From Vicugna vicugna (taxonomy: Eukaryota): a stretch of DNA of 64,000 bases. The notes beneath the pieces were generated by a model. The model saw only the letters and a list, made by a program, of their open reading frames with translations. It ran no database searches and had not been told where the DNA came from. Shown here piece by piece: positions 9,954-26,099 of this stretch (its first letter is position 1; each line of letters starts with the position of its first letter). The position numbers were made by a program, and so were the translations under genes. The stretch lies in assembly GCA_013265495.1 (NCBI GenBank), contig MU061814.1, positions 5,831,684-5,895,683 of the forward strand, in the 5' to 3' direction.

Positions 9954-12031
9954 CCAGTCTCAGCCCCCGAATCTTGTCCTGAGCCTCCATGGTTCCTGAC
10001 CCTGAGGCCCCCGATGCCCCAGGGCAGCTCTGTCCAAGCCTCTCCTGGGCATGCTCCCTCTGTGTCCTGCAGTGCCACCACCCCCGGCACAGGCCTGGCT
10101 CCAGCCCTCACCCCACCCCCCACCCCGTCTCCTCCAGGACCTGCCTCTCTCCTCCCGCCCCTCCTGTGCCCTCCTCCCCTGGGGCTCTCTGGACGCCCAC
10201 CACCCTCCTTCCTGGGGCTCGTTCTTGTCACCCTCCTGCTCAGACTCTCCAGAGCGCCCTGTTGCCTCCAAGGTAGAAGGATCTCTGACCCCGCTGCACC
10301 CGGACGCGCCTGCCGGCCCTCCCTGCTAGTCTCTGGCTTTGCTCTGGTCCGCCCTCCTCTGCCCAGCGCTGCCCTCTGGCGCCAGGTGGAGTGCCCTCTG
10401 CCCCCCTGTGGCCCCAGCAGAGCCAGGCCTGGATCCTGGAACACGTGCCCTCCCCCCGCCTCCCCATCCAGGGCTGTCCCCTGTCCTCATAGGTCAAGAC
10501 CAAGCAGGAGGCCCGGGCAGTCGGGTCGGCTCACGTCATGGGTGCAGCGGAGCCCCAGGACTGGACATGGGGCAGAGTTGGTCCTCCCACCCCCCCGACC
10601 GCCCACCACAGGGCCTAGAGCAGAGACCCCAGACCGCTGGCCCCAATCAGCCCCCACACACACAGGTCCAGGGTAGGGACACGCAGTGAGGACATCATGC
10701 CTTGGACACACAGCGGCAGGGAACAGAACACGGGCGGGCAAGGCCACGGGCAGGGACGTGCACGCACCACGCACATCGGGGCCACGCACACGCAGCACCG
10801 GTGTGGGGGATGAGGGTGCCGTGAGCGACAGGGGTGGGGACACGCTGGGGAGCGTCTCCCAGGAGCGAGCAATTGTTAGTCTGGGAGTCAGCCACCTCCA
10901 GGAGGCCTGGGGCAGGGGGCACCTCCACAGACGTCGAGGGGTGTGGGGCTGGCTGGAAAAGACGGACCGAGGGAGCCACCAGGTCTAGGAGGGGCTGTCA
11001 GGGCCTGACGCAGGCACCCTCCAGCTGCGTCTGCCCCAGCAGACCAGGACCAGCAGCTGGGGAAGGACGCTGCTCCCACTGGCACCTTGTCCTCTGAGTG
11101 AGGCCCCCGGGGTCTGCAGCCAAGGGGAAGGGTAAGCACTGCTGGGTGGAGAGGCCGAGGGGCTCAAGTCCCTCCCTCCCATGGAGCGTGCCCTGCACTG
11201 CCCAGCACGGCACCCTCTTCCCTTCTGGGAGTGGAGGGGCTGACTTTCTAACAGGGCGCCCATTCAGGTGCCAGGGGAGGGTGAGAGACCCCTGGAGGGC
11301 CCCTCCTGGCCTACGCAGGGAGACGGTGTCCCTGGCTCGGCAGGGCCATGCGTGGATGTCCCCGTCTAGCACAGTCCCACCACTCTGCAGGGAAGGACAG
11401 GGCCTGCAGGGGGACCTGGCCCCGGGCTCGGGGAAACCTCCTATAGCAGCTCAGGGCCCCCAGTAGGCCCGGAACCCCAGACTAGGGCACAGCAGGAGGA
11501 GAGCCCTCGGCGCAGACACAATGCAGGGACACACAGGTGCACCGCAGCCTCTCCTCCCAGGGCCTGCAGCCTCCCTCTCACTGCAGTGGGAAGACTCGAG
11601 GCAGGGGGAGCGAGGGCATAGAGGGAGCCCCCAAGCAGGGTTGGGGTGAGCTGGCTGGGCAGAGGCCCCATGACCAGCACAGAGGGCCGCAGGCTGGGGA
11701 GCCCCGTCTCTACCACCTCTGCGTTGGGTGTAAGTGGGGCCCGTGGGGCGGGATGGAGGCGCAAGGAGAGACTCCAGCCACTGAGACAAGGCAGGAAGCG
11801 GGACGAGGAACAGAGGACACCTGGGACAGACAGATCCAGCACGAGAAAGCAGGTTGGGGTGGGGGCAGTCGAGAGAGGTGGCCAGGGGAGCGAGGGAGGC
11901 GCGCGTGGCTCCAGGCTGGGGCCACAGGCTGGGCGGGGCACAGGGGCGCCTGGCGGGGGCGCGGGGCGGCCCCGGAACGGACCCCAACAGAACAGGACCA
12001 CACCACACACTTTCTGCCCATGCAGTCCTAC

Positions 12032-12061
12032 CTGGAGGCCCCGTAGGTTTGAGTTTGCGAG
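12032..12061 (-). CDS. KCNQ2: KCNQ2 exon 9 (30-nt alternative microexon)
   Basis: aaag|C TCG CAA ACT CAA ACC TAC GGG GCC TCC AG|gtagga encodes (S)SQTQTYGAS(R). Confidence 0.95.
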
Positions 12062-13147
12062 CTTTCAAGGGTTTTCACACACACACAAAGGGAAAGGAAC
12101 GAAAATTGGAAAAGAACGGGATAAGAAAAACGAAGCGAAGAAAACGGTCAAGGAAAGTGGGGGGAACAAAAGAACAAAGAAAATTAGCAGGAGGGTCAGT
12201 GCTGCCTGGACCGGAGCGCTGGGAGCGCCGTGCGGGGCCGAAGGCAGGCGCCTCTGGCGGGGAAGGTGGCACCGGGCGCCCGCACCAAGCTGAGTGCTCC
12301 AGAAAGTGCGGGTGGGGTGGACGTGGAGGGAGGGCTGGGCGGCCCCCCCTCTCCAGGTGGCAAATCCTCACAGAGGCAGGGGGCCGGTGGAGCCCCAGGC
12401 GGACAGCTCCGTGAGTGCAAACCCCAGGAGCAGGTAAGGAGACTGGGGCCCCCCAGGCCCCCAAGGGTGGAGGGCAGGCTGGCGGGGCAGTGCCCACCTG
12501 AGGGCACCAGCCCTGCATGGACTCCGGGCGGCCCCATCGCTTCTCAGCTCAGACCTCGTCTAAGCTGGAGCCTGGCACAGACAAGCCCAGGGTGGCCTGG
12601 AAAGCCGCCGGCTGACCAGCGGCCTCATGGGTCTACTGGCACTGCCCCCGCTGACCGCCCCCGGGGAGGGACTGCCGGCCCCTTCTCTCCCACCGAGGGC
12701 ACCTAGGGGTGTCTGTGCTTTGTCCTTTCGGGGCCTCACTGTGGTCCTGGGTCCTCTCCTTTCTCGGGGAGAGAACCCGGCCCCCGCTGAAGGACAGAGG
12801 GTCAAGGTTAAGGTTAGCCTTTCACTTCTAAACGCGGGGCCACCCTGGCAGGGCCGCGCCGCGCCGCGCCGCACCGGGGCTGCGATTCACGGACTGGCCA
12901 GCATTTACCTCCGCGAGCTCTGGGGGGCTGTCTCCGCGGTGCTCACACACAAGGCACCTGACAGCAAGGACACTAAGCAGGGGGGCGGAATGAAGTGAAA
13001 AATAAAAGCCGCAAACTACAAAACAAAGAACAAAATTAACACCTCAAAATAAATCACACACAATTCTTTTTTGGAAGTTACACACATTTTAAAGAAAGAG
13101 AAACAAAAGAAATCAGAATGATGAACAACAACAAAAAATGGGGCTTA

Positions 13148-13291
<144 letters not shown>

Positions 13292-13779
13292 TCAGGCGGC
13301 CCTGAGGGGAGGCGGGGCTGGCAGAGCCCAAGGCCTCAGGAGGGGCCCCCACCTCTCCCAGGGCCTGGCCCCTGAGCGCCCCCCTGCACCAGGCTCTGGA
13401 CCGCGGTCCCCTGGCACCTGCCCCACCCCCGACAGGCCTCAGCCTCTGTAGAATGGACACACATGTTTGCCCGCTGTGGCTGGCGGGGCCTGGAGGAAGG
13501 GGCGCAGGTCAAGCACACGGTGAGTCTGCAGGGGGCCTCCACTTCTTTCCTTTCATCTCATCTCACTGAGGCCCAGCAGCTACCACCTGGCATCGTGGCT
13601 GCCTTCCTGCCCTCCCCCAGCCCTGAGGGAGCTTTCCACTGGACTCCGGAGCTGGGGGCGGGGGCAGAGCCAGGGACCCGCTGGCCAGCCCTTATTTTGA
13701 AATGCGTCACCCCGCCGCCTTCCGGCCCCCACAGTCTCTGGTGAGGAATCGGCAGTTACTCTCACTGAGGCCCCTTGGG

Positions 13780-14620
13780 CATCAGAAGTCACTTCTCTCT
13801 CGCTGCTTCCAAGATCTGCCTTCACCAGTGTGCTCCCAGTGTGTCCCGGAGCAGCTCTGTGACTATCCTGCTTGGATGTATAGATTCACGCCTTCCACCC
13901 AATCTGGGAAGTTTTCAGTCTTTTCGCCTGCCTCTCTTCCCTTTCTGGGACTGCCATTATGCCAAGATCGGCAGGTTAGCTGGTGTCCCGCCAGTCTCAC
14001 GGGCTCTGTTCATTCCCCTTCCTTTGCTTTCTTTCTGCCCCGCAGCCTGGGTAACTTCGACTGACCCGTCTGCAGGTTTGCCGACGCTGCCTCGTGCCGG
14101 CTCAGGTCTGCTGCTGACCCTCCGGTGAGTTTTTCGTTTCAGCCACTGTACCCCTCAGCTCCCGAATTTCTCTCTGGCTCCCTTTTATAATTTTGATCTC
14201 TACTGACACTCCCCGTTGGGTGAGATGTCAGTCTTCTGTTTTCCTTTGGTTCTTTCCTGTGGATCCCTTTAGACTTCTGAGCATACTTAAACGGCTGACT
14301 TGATGTCTTCGTCTAGTAAATCAAATACCTGAGCTTCTTCAGAGACAGTGTCCGCTGATTTTTCTCCTTGTGATTAGACCATACCTCCTTGTTTCTTTGC
14401 ATGCCTCACAATTTCTCGTTGAAAACTGGACATTTTGAGTATTACCACGTGGTTCTTCGGAAGCAGATTCTCCCCTGTCCCCAGAGCTTTTCGCTGCTGC
14501 TCGCCACTGACGGTAGCTGTTTGTCAAATGACTTTTCTAAGCTGTTCTGCAAACACTGTACTCTTCGTTGTGTGTGGTCACTCACATCTGTTCCCCTTAC
14601 CTCAGTGGTCAGTGACTTGA
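13780..14620 (-). mobile_element. Old L1M (L1M4/L1MC-like) ORF1/5' region fragment in KCNQ2 intron 7
   Basis: Antisense L1 motifs: cttctctctcgctgcttccaagat, tgggaagttttcagtc, gtttctttgcatgcc...gaaaactggacattttga. Confidence 0.75.
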
Positions 14621-15625
14621 CAGAGGTTCCATTAAACCCAACAAACCAAAGAGGAAACAAACACCCTCGGTCCCTGCAGACCGGCCCTGCGTGGGGGCAC
14701 ATTCAGCAAGGCCACGTACAGCTCCACCTTAGCCTTCACTTCCTGTTGCATGGAGTCTAAAGACGGCCTGAGGTGAGCACTGAGGGTCTTCTCTAGTCAC
14801 TTCCGAGCCTGCGTCCAGCACTGCGCAAGTGAGTGGCCGCCTACATCCCCCCGAGACATGGGGGTCCCTCCCAAACCCTCAGTCCCCTGTGAGTCCTTCC
14901 CAAACCTCTGAGCTTCTTGGAGAGGAGAGGAAGAGGGGAGGTGCCGTGTGTTCGGGCCTCACCCCCTCCCTGCGATGCCCGAGCCTCTGAACCGCAGGCA
15001 GGGCTGCGACTTCACTGCCAGTGGGCGAGACTGCGGCGCTTTTGTTCTTCTTTATATCCTTGTGCAATTAAAACAAGTAGCCATTTGAAGCTCTTACGGT
15101 GAAAGACACACGCGTACATATACCCGTAAATGCAGGCTGCACCCAGGGCAGGACCTCGTCGTCAAGAAAGACAGACACGTGAGGTGCTGGGGCCATGTCC
15201 AGCCAGCGGTAGAGCCGGTCAGTTCCAAAGTCCCCGGGCCCCCCACGCTTTGAGAGCGGCTGTGGGAACATGAGGCCACACTTTCAGGATGGCTCAGGAA
15301 GCACTGCTGGGCGCCGAGCAGCCACTGTGGCCCCTGGCGGTGGGGTGGGCCTTCAGCTGGGGCACCTACCTGAGGTGGGGCCTCTGAACCCTGATCCCAC
15401 ACCTGCAGGGTGGGTACCAGTGCTATGAAGGGACACCTCAGGGGCAGCTGTGACAGCCTGGCCCAGAGCCCGGGGCCAGCACCAGCCTCCACGCTGCCTG
15501 GGCTGGAGCCGCCATGCAGCCCGGGGCGTCTGAGCTGGTTCTCGGCACAGACACTGGCTCCCCGACAGGGAGACGCTGAGCAGGGCTCTGCTCCGACGCC
15601 GTGGGCCCGGCCAGAGGCTCCGCCA

Positions 15626-15686
15626 GTTCCCGTGGGGGTTCCTGTGGGGGTTCCCGTGGGGGTTCCCGTGGGGGTCCACGTGGGGG
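15626..15686. repeat. 12-bp minisatellite x5 (GTTCCCGTGGGG)
   Basis: Five adjacent units; two carry substitutions. Confidence 0.92.
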
Positions 15687-15700
15687 CCGCCTGGACTCAC

Positions 15701-15796
15701 CTGGATCAGGCCAGCTGCAGGGTTCCGCCTCTTCTCAAAGTGCTTCTGACGATGCTGCTCTTGAACTTTCAGGGCGAAGCCAGACCCCAGAATGCC
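15701..15796 (-). CDS. KCNQ2: KCNQ2 exon 7 (96 nt; end of S6 / proximal C-terminus)
   Basis: cag|[32 protein letters not shown]|gtgagt. Confidence 0.98.
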
Positions 15797-16385
15797 CTGC
15801 AGGCCACTGGGATCAGATGGCGCCCCAGGGACCACAGTCCCCCCACCCTTGCCTGCACTCCTGGCTCTACCCTCCCACCTTCTCAGCCCCTCATCACCAG
15901 GAGTCACCAGGAGACTGGCTGGGGGGAAGACTTGGGCTCACAGGAGCCTGGCAGGGCCCGCCCACACGGAACACACCTGGGCCCAGAGAGCAGTCCTCCT
16001 GCCCTGGTCTGTCCACACTGACGTGAGCGGAGGGGTGAGGCCCAGGGTCACAGGAGGGCCACCTGGGGAGCAGCCCCACTGGCCACCCCCGACCCTGCCT
16101 GGCTGTGGGTGACAGTTATCTGAAGCTCCGCGGCAGGAGATGGGGTCCCGGGTGCCCTGGGAGCTGACGGGGGGCCGTGTCGCCCTGCAGCACTGCTCCT
16201 GGTAATAGGGCCCCTCCTGGCCCAGCCCACTGGGCTGGGGGGAGCTGGCAGGTGTGGGTCAGAAGGCACAGCTGGGAGAGACTCAGAGCCCCCGATGGAG
16301 CCTTGTGGGAGCTCTGTCCCCACGGAGGTGCCGCTTGCAGCTGCTCGGGGGCTGGGGGCCTGCTGGGAGCCATGTGCCCGCCTCA

Positions 16386-16769
<384 letters not shown>

Positions 16770-18569
16770 TCAAAGGCTCTGCTCCTGCGTGTCGCCCAGG
16801 CTAGCAGGGCAGGTTCGCCGTGGACGGAGCAGCGGCTCCAGCTGAGCTCAGGCCAGGTGGGTGGCCAGGAGGCTCGCAGAGAGCAGGGCCTGAGAGGGGA
16901 CAGTGCCCAGAGGGCCCCTCCAGGGACACAGAGAGGGTTGTGTGGGGGCCCTCAGAAGGCGGCTTGTAAGCCGAGGCCAGAAGAGGAGTGGGAGAGGGCT
17001 GGGGGAGGAAGAGGACTTCTCCCTGTGGTGTGGCGGGCAGCGCGGGCGGCCCCAGGGCGATGGAGGGACCGGGAGACTCGGCGTCCGGGGGCCAGCACCC
17101 AGGGGCGGCGTTCATGGCCCGCACGCGGGAGGCCAGCTTGAGAGGGAGGCAGTGGGGGGACTCCCCCAACACCAGTGAGCCCCTCCAAGGACCACAGGCC
17201 TGCAGAGCAGAAGAAAGGGGGCCTCAGGCAGGAGGCTACCCAAGAATGGCAGTGATGGGAAGGGGGCTGACCTCATCCTGTCACAGCACAAAATGAAATC
17301 TTCCAAGTGTGACGTTCACAGTGGGGGCCACGGTGTAGGTGTGACTGGGGAGCACGCAGGAGGGGTCCGGGCTGGGGAAGACGGGCACAGCGGGGGTTCC
17401 ATGTAACACTCAGGCACTACTCGGCATATTAAAATTTTGGATTCAATTCTTAAAGATGGGAAGGCCCTCAGGAAGGGCAGGCCGCATCACCAGCGGGGGC
17501 AGACTGTCCAGTCAGAGCCTGGACCTGCAGGGAGCTGTGGGCTCTGGGCCCCAGCCTCAACTCCCCTCGCCTACCCTGCGCCCAGGCCCCTGACCACCCT
17601 GCTGCCCACGTGGTGAGATAGAAGGACACGGATTCGAGCCTTGTGGCAATTAAAATGACCACAAGTAAACTGCATTCTGCTTAAACGCTGGGTGGAGGCT
17701 GGCATCTCTCTTCCCAGCAACTGGGTTTGCAGCACCTGCCTAGCGTCACAAGGTCGTCATTTTCTGAGCTGGGTCTAGGGTCCCAGAGACGATAGGCTCT
17801 GCCCTCCCAGACCTACGGGACCCTCCACAGGCCTGGCGCCCCCTAGGCGGAGTGTCCAGCACACCCAGGAAGTGCCACAAAGGAGGGGTACTTGGGACCC
17901 CGCACGTGGAGGCGTCCATGGAAACGGCTGAGAAGGAGCCAGGCTGACAGCCGTTCAGCTACTGGGGTTGCGGCCTGTGGGGCCCAGCTCGGTCTCCAGA
18001 GGGCACTCTCTGAAAGCACGGGGTCCCCACTAGGAGCAGGAGGGGCCCAAGAAGGCTTTTCTCACAAAAGGCCACTAGCGCTGGGCCCAGGACGGGGTGG
18101 CCATGAGCGTGGACCAAAAGTCCGTAGGCAGCCCTACTACGCTGGGCAGGGGCAGCCTGGGAGGTTAAGCTCAGGGAGGCAGGGGGTCCAGTTCCCCTTT
18201 TTCAAACTCCACTGTCTCTTAACATGACAGGCAAGGCCGCCCCTCCTCCCCTCCAGCACAAAGGTCACACAGGTGTCAGTAAGGCAGGAAGGTAACTGGC
18301 CAGGCTGCTCACGGGTTCCCCGGGGGCCAGGCCTTTCTCCGCCCCACATGGGCCAGCGCATCCCCACCCAGCCTGGACCAGCACCGCCACCTGGCCTCTT
18401 GGTCAGGAGTGGCCAGCAGGTGGCCCCCGAGAGACGTCTCCAGCCAGGTTGGCCAGGGAGAGTCACTGCACCTCCTGTTCAGCCCAGGGAGTCGAGGGCA
18501 CACCCGGGGGGAGGGGGCAGACAGTGGCGGAAGGACCCCGAGGGGCCGTGCCCAGTGAGCGCGTCCTCA

Positions 18570-18734
<165 letters not shown>

Positions 18735-19120
18735 TCATAGCCGCTGGGCCAGCGTCCAGCCCTGTCTGCCCCTGGAGCACTGAGGCCCCGCCTGCCTGGA
18801 GGCCTGCTGGGCTCCGCGACGCCAGGGCTTCAGGGGGTGGACGCCCTTCCAGAGTGCCAGCCACAGAGCCCCCAGCACCCCAGGGCCGGGGCGGGCAAGA
18901 AGGGCAGCTGGTTTCCAGTCCTGGCCCTGGGTTGTCCAGCCTCTGTGCATCTCACACCTGGAAGGGCAGCGGGGAAGGACGGCCCAGCGCCGCATCCACC
19001 CGGGTTAGGTGTGTGGTCAGGTGGCCTCCAGGCAGTCAGGCTGGAGAACCTCGGGACTGTGGGGACCCTATCCCAATTTCCCCGAGCCTGGGGGAGACAC
19101 CTCAGTACCTTTGGGGACTA

Positions 19121-20369
<1,249 letters not shown>

Positions 20370-20419
20370 TTACCCTGTGGTTGCCATGGCGCCCGCCCCT
20401 ACCCATCATGGGGCTGCTA

Positions 20420-21226
<807 letters not shown>

Positions 21227-24200
21227 TTAACACCAGCTTCACACACACCCATCCCAGACGCCCAGATTGCGTCCGCAGTTCCCGACTGACGGAACTGAGA
21301 GCCGCTGGGCAGCAGGAGTGGACTCCGAGGCCCTGTCCAGTGTGTCCCACCAAAGTGGACAAAGTGAAGCTAGGGAACAGAGCCCCTGAAGGCTGAGAAC
21401 GGGGTCCAGGGCTCCTGAGAGGCACAGAGTACGTGGTGTGAAACACTGGACAGGGGCCTGCACACCACGCCCCTCCCACATCTTCACCGCCCAGGACTCC
21501 CTCATCACCCCAGCTCCACCGGCCCGAGGAGGCAAGACCACCAGCCTCCCTGGTGGAGACGGGGGATGAGACCCTTCAGAGCCACACGGCACAGGCCAAC
21601 CCCGGGGCAGCCACAGCGACACGGGCTCGGGCCAGCCCCGCCCTGTCCAGATGGGCATCCTGCCGGCACCACCGAGCGGGGGCCCGACACCGAGAACACC
21701 GAGCCTGGGAGGATCCAGGCACCTCCAGCAGCCCTGCCCACATGCCCTGAAGAGGCCTGGCGAGCAGGCCCAGAGAGTGCCGCCCCCACTGGGCCAACCT
21801 GGTGCCTCCCCGCCTCCCAGCACGCCCCCAGCTCCCAGGCAGAGGCGCTGGTAGCGGATAACAAGGGCCACTGGAGCAGGCGGATGCACGCGGGGAAACG
21901 GTCACATTTCAAAGTCGCAATTAATTTCCTTTGCTCATTAGCCAATTTATCCAATTAGCTGAGTCCTGGGAAAAAAAGTCCAGATATCTCGTGTGCCTCA
22001 TGCTCGTAATTCTCTGCCTGGGGGTATCTTCTCCCAGCTCTTGGTGGGAAGGAGCCCACGTGCCCAGAGGGGCCTGCCAGGGTTGGAGGAGACCCTGGGT
22101 TGTGGGTCAGGATTCCGGAGGCCTGGGCGGTGGGAGAGACTGACAGGATTGCCCACTCAGAGGGGCAGCTGGACCCGGCTCAGCTCAGCACTGTGATGCA
22201 GGAGCCCGGGGGGACACATAACCCAGCAGGCTTCCCTGCGGAGGTGCACACAGCACCGCAGGGTGAAGAGCTGGTGGGCATCAGGGGAGAAGGGAAGGGA
22301 GCTCCTGGCAGAGCGAAGAGCAAGGCGGGTGGCTGGGCGTGGAGGTGGACAGTGTGTCCAGGACCCTGTCGGGGAGACTCAGAGTCCAGGGCTGTGCCCA
22401 TGAAGGCCAGCACCTCGTGTGGTATAAAATCACTTCCCTAAAGTCAAACAGACAAGGCCCAGGTCCCGAGGTGACCAGACCCTCTCTCAGCCCTGCTTCC
22501 CGAGGGCGGCTCTGACCAGCATCTCGGAACATTCCAGAATGACTCACCCACGCTGTATGGAAGCGCAGCCCTTCCCAGCAGGCAGTGGCCAGGATGCCGG
22601 GCACCAGGCCAGCAATTCAGGAGACAAACCCACAGCTGCAGCCGGAAGGTCCCATGGCCAGGGGGAGGAGGGCTGGCTCCCGAGAAGCGGGCCTGGGAGA
22701 CGGCCCCCTCCCAAAAGTGCCGGCGACACTCCAAGATTTGTTTCTGCTGTTTGGGGACAGATGGCCACAGATGGCACGTCCTGGTGGTGTGCAGCGGTGG
22801 CAGCAGGTCAGACACTCGGGAAGAGGCCACCCGCCCACTCGGACATGAGGAGGAAACAGCCAGGCAGCTGCGCGCGTCCCTGTCACCCTATCACGTCCCA
22901 GAGCAGAGACAGTCCCACGGGCGCCCGCATCCCCACCCACACCTCTAGGACCCTGCAGGTCAAGAGAGGAACACCTCCAGAGCATGGTGACTTCCCGCCA
23001 CCCCTCAGCCACTCTTCCAGGCAGCTGAATGACGGGAAAACCTTTCCAGACCTCCTCCTGTCGCAGGCACCACAGTGACCAGCGCCCAGCCACCTCCTGG
23101 ACCTGAGACCTCCGGTGCTCACACCCATTTAGAGACGGGGCAGCTGAGGCTACGAGAGGCCGGTAGGGGCTCTGCCTCTGGCCTCACAGTCCCTAGACTC
23201 AGCATCTTCGGTCATAGGGACACTTCACTGGGGCCCAGCCCCGCTGGCTCAGACCCCAGCATCGCCCTCCCACGGGACAGCAAGGGTGACCACCCACAGC
23301 TCCACAGCCCATCAAGGGGTCACCTGCTGGAGTTATGTCGGGGTCCTGGCTCCGCCGCTTCCAGGAGACACTGGGGAGTCTGAGCCAGGCAGGGGCCTCC
23401 CTGCCCAAAGGCGACCGGTCATTCTGGGTCCTGGCTGATGGCAGGCTCAGGAGAGATGGACCAGAACCCCCTCGGGAGAGGAGCTGGGCAGATGCACAGG
23501 GGACACCACTGACACCACCGGGGGGTGCTGCGTGCTGACCCACAGGCCCCAGAAAATGGGGGGGCTGGTAGCTGGGTCTGCTTCCCCCCCAGGATAGCTA
23601 GCTGAGGCGCTTCACCCGCCCGCAGGCTGGGGGTCCCACCCCTCAGCTGCAAGGTAGGGGCTCGCCTCTGGCCTCAAGCCCAGCACCACCTGAGCGTCCC
23701 CCCAACATCCAGACCGAGGCCTCGGGGCCCTACGGGAAGGGTTCCCAGGCCTTCCAACCCAGGAACTGTCCAGGCTGTTTCAGGAAAGAAAGGCAGGGAG
23801 GCAGGACACGGTGGTTCTCCTACAACCGAGGCTAATTATGAAAATGAATTCAACATCAAGATGCTTCCCTGGCTGCGGTTGCCAAGGAGACAAGCAATTC
23901 AAGCAGCTGGTTCCCAGCCCCAGACTCCAGGGGCCGAGATGGCTCAGGAAGCGGAGCTGGGAGGGGAAGGACCTCAGACCACGCTCACCTGAGCAGTGGG
24001 GAAGGCAGCCACCTGCAGAGTGAGCTTCGGCAAGAACAGCCTCGTCCCAGGTGCACACCCAGGTGTGCGCCAGCCAGAGCGCCCAGTTCACAAGCCCCAG
24101 CACTGCAGGATCCACAGCAAACAGACTGTCTTCACCCACAGCAGGACAGACCTCAGCCAGGCTTCAGGAGGGGCTTCTGCCGCCTGCACCCTGGGGGAGG

Positions 24201-24899
24201 TGGACCCCTCCCTTAAAACAGGTGGAGGCCCGGCGGGGTCCTGAGCGCAGGGATTCTGATGTTTGGGGAGACAGGTGGGGAGGGGCCCAGGGAGGTAGGA
24301 GGTGGTGGGAGGAACGGAGGGTGGTGGAGGCTGGATGGACGCCAGCAGAGGAGACCCCAGTCGAGGCCTGACAACACCCACACCTTGCGGCAGGCAGCCA
24401 CCGCCACACCCGCAGTTCCTGGCGTGCGCTGTGAATTCTGCCTGCCCCTAAACTCTCGGGAAGCGCAGCCCCTGCCTCAAGAGAGAGACCTCTGCTTCTG
24501 GATCTCCCCCCTGCCCCCCCCACATCGGACTGCAGGCAGTATTTCTTTTCTAGAAAAATGTGACAAAGCCTCTGCCACCTTGTTCCCACATCTGACGCCC
24601 ACTTCACCATGGGGAGGGGGTGGGCGCCAGGGAGGGCTGGCGATGCAGCCCAGGCGGGGACAGAGCACTGGAGGTCGGTCCCTCAGCCCAGACCCCCCAC
24701 TCCCTCCAAAGGCCAGCTTGGGAGAGGGCAGTGGTCATTAATCTCACTTTACGTATTTAAGGAAACAAACCTTTCGCAAGCAACCGGCAGGGCTGAGAGG
24801 AAAGCGGGGCATGTCACCAGCACCACTCGCTCACCCGGCCCCCGGCCGGCAAAGCTGGGACAGGAGGGTGGGGAGGGGTCCCCGACACACAGCACCACC

Positions 24900-25010
24900 C
24901 CCAGGCTAGAATCATGACAGCCCTGCAGACAGGGAGATGCTCGTCCATTTCACAGATGAGAAAAACAAGGCTGTAATGCAGCTCACCGTGACCCCATGGG
25001 GTCGAGTCTG
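24900..25010 (-). mobile_element. MIR fragment
   Basis: Core motif ccatttcacagatgagaaaaacaaggct. Confidence 0.6.
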
Positions 25011-26099
25011 AGCACCCCTTCCAGGGGAGGGGTCTCCCCACAATGACGCCCATTCCAACAAGGCTGTGTCTCCCTGGGGGCCACACAGCCCAGGAACCTG
25101 AGGGAGATGGGAGGGAGAAGCAGCCAGTGCGAGGCCACCGCGGTCCCCTCAGGTCCAGGCCCACACCCGGCTCCCCAGGGAACCTCCCGCTGCATCGTCC
25201 ATTCTGCGGCTGGTGCTGCAGCCTGGAATCTAATTTCACCCCCTAATAAACTGCTCTGCCCCCAGGACCCACTGCCACTTCCAACTTCTGGGAGCGACGG
25301 GAAGCCTGGACTGCTGACGGCTGCTCCAGGTGCAAACCAGATGCAAAGAATCACACAGATCCCACCAGGATCAGAGGGAGCAGGAGGCCACATGCCTGAG
25401 ACCACCATGCACAGACCCCTCTCCCAGAGCCCATGGTCAGCCCACCCCCAGCCCACTGCAGCCCGTCCCTGTCTGAGCCTGCTCATCGGAGAACCCCCAG
25501 AGCCTGAGGGACCCTCGTACACAGCAAGTGCTCAATAAATGCCTCAGACCCGCAGGCCTCCACCGACGGGCCTCACCTCCATTGCCCCACCCCACCCCCA
25601 CCCTGCTCCAGCCCCTTTCCCAGCTGGACCCGAGGGCACATCACGTCTGTGGCCTTTCCACACCAGTTCCCCCATCCAGCCCCCCTCTCGCCCCACACCC
25701 AGGGCAGGAAGGCACACTCAGGGGACCCCTTGATGACCCCCACTGGCCAGTGACCTCTGAACAGCCAGTGTCCCCCAAAGCCTCAGCCGTGAGTACTGTC
25801 CAGGACTGGGGGCTCTGGTGGTCTGGGGTCCTAACCTCCCCAAGCACCAGTCCCTAACCATTCACCCACCAGAAGCTCTAGGTTCACAGGGACCCCCAGC
25901 CCCACCTTGCTCACTGCAGATCCCAGACCCCCCAGAAAGACCGGGCATCTTCGGTGAAGCTCCAGGTGCTCGGGAAGTCACAGGGTGTGGGGGGAGCTGC
26001 CACTCGGGGGCGGGCCGGGGTGGGGGGACTCGGGGCCCTGGCGGCACATCTGCTGGCTCAGCACACAGTAAAGCCACTTCCCCAGGCGCCTCCCACTCC

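Noticed and set aside
10369-10382. Additional CTCF-like motifs (10369-10382, 17836-17849, minus strand)
   Set aside because: 5' positions are mismatched and such matches are common at this GC content; not listed as features without ChIP data.
15626-15686. CRISPR-like arrays (also 9904-9953, 45573-45691)
   Set aside because: Head-to-tail repeats without unique spacers in a mammalian genome; ordinary minisatellites.
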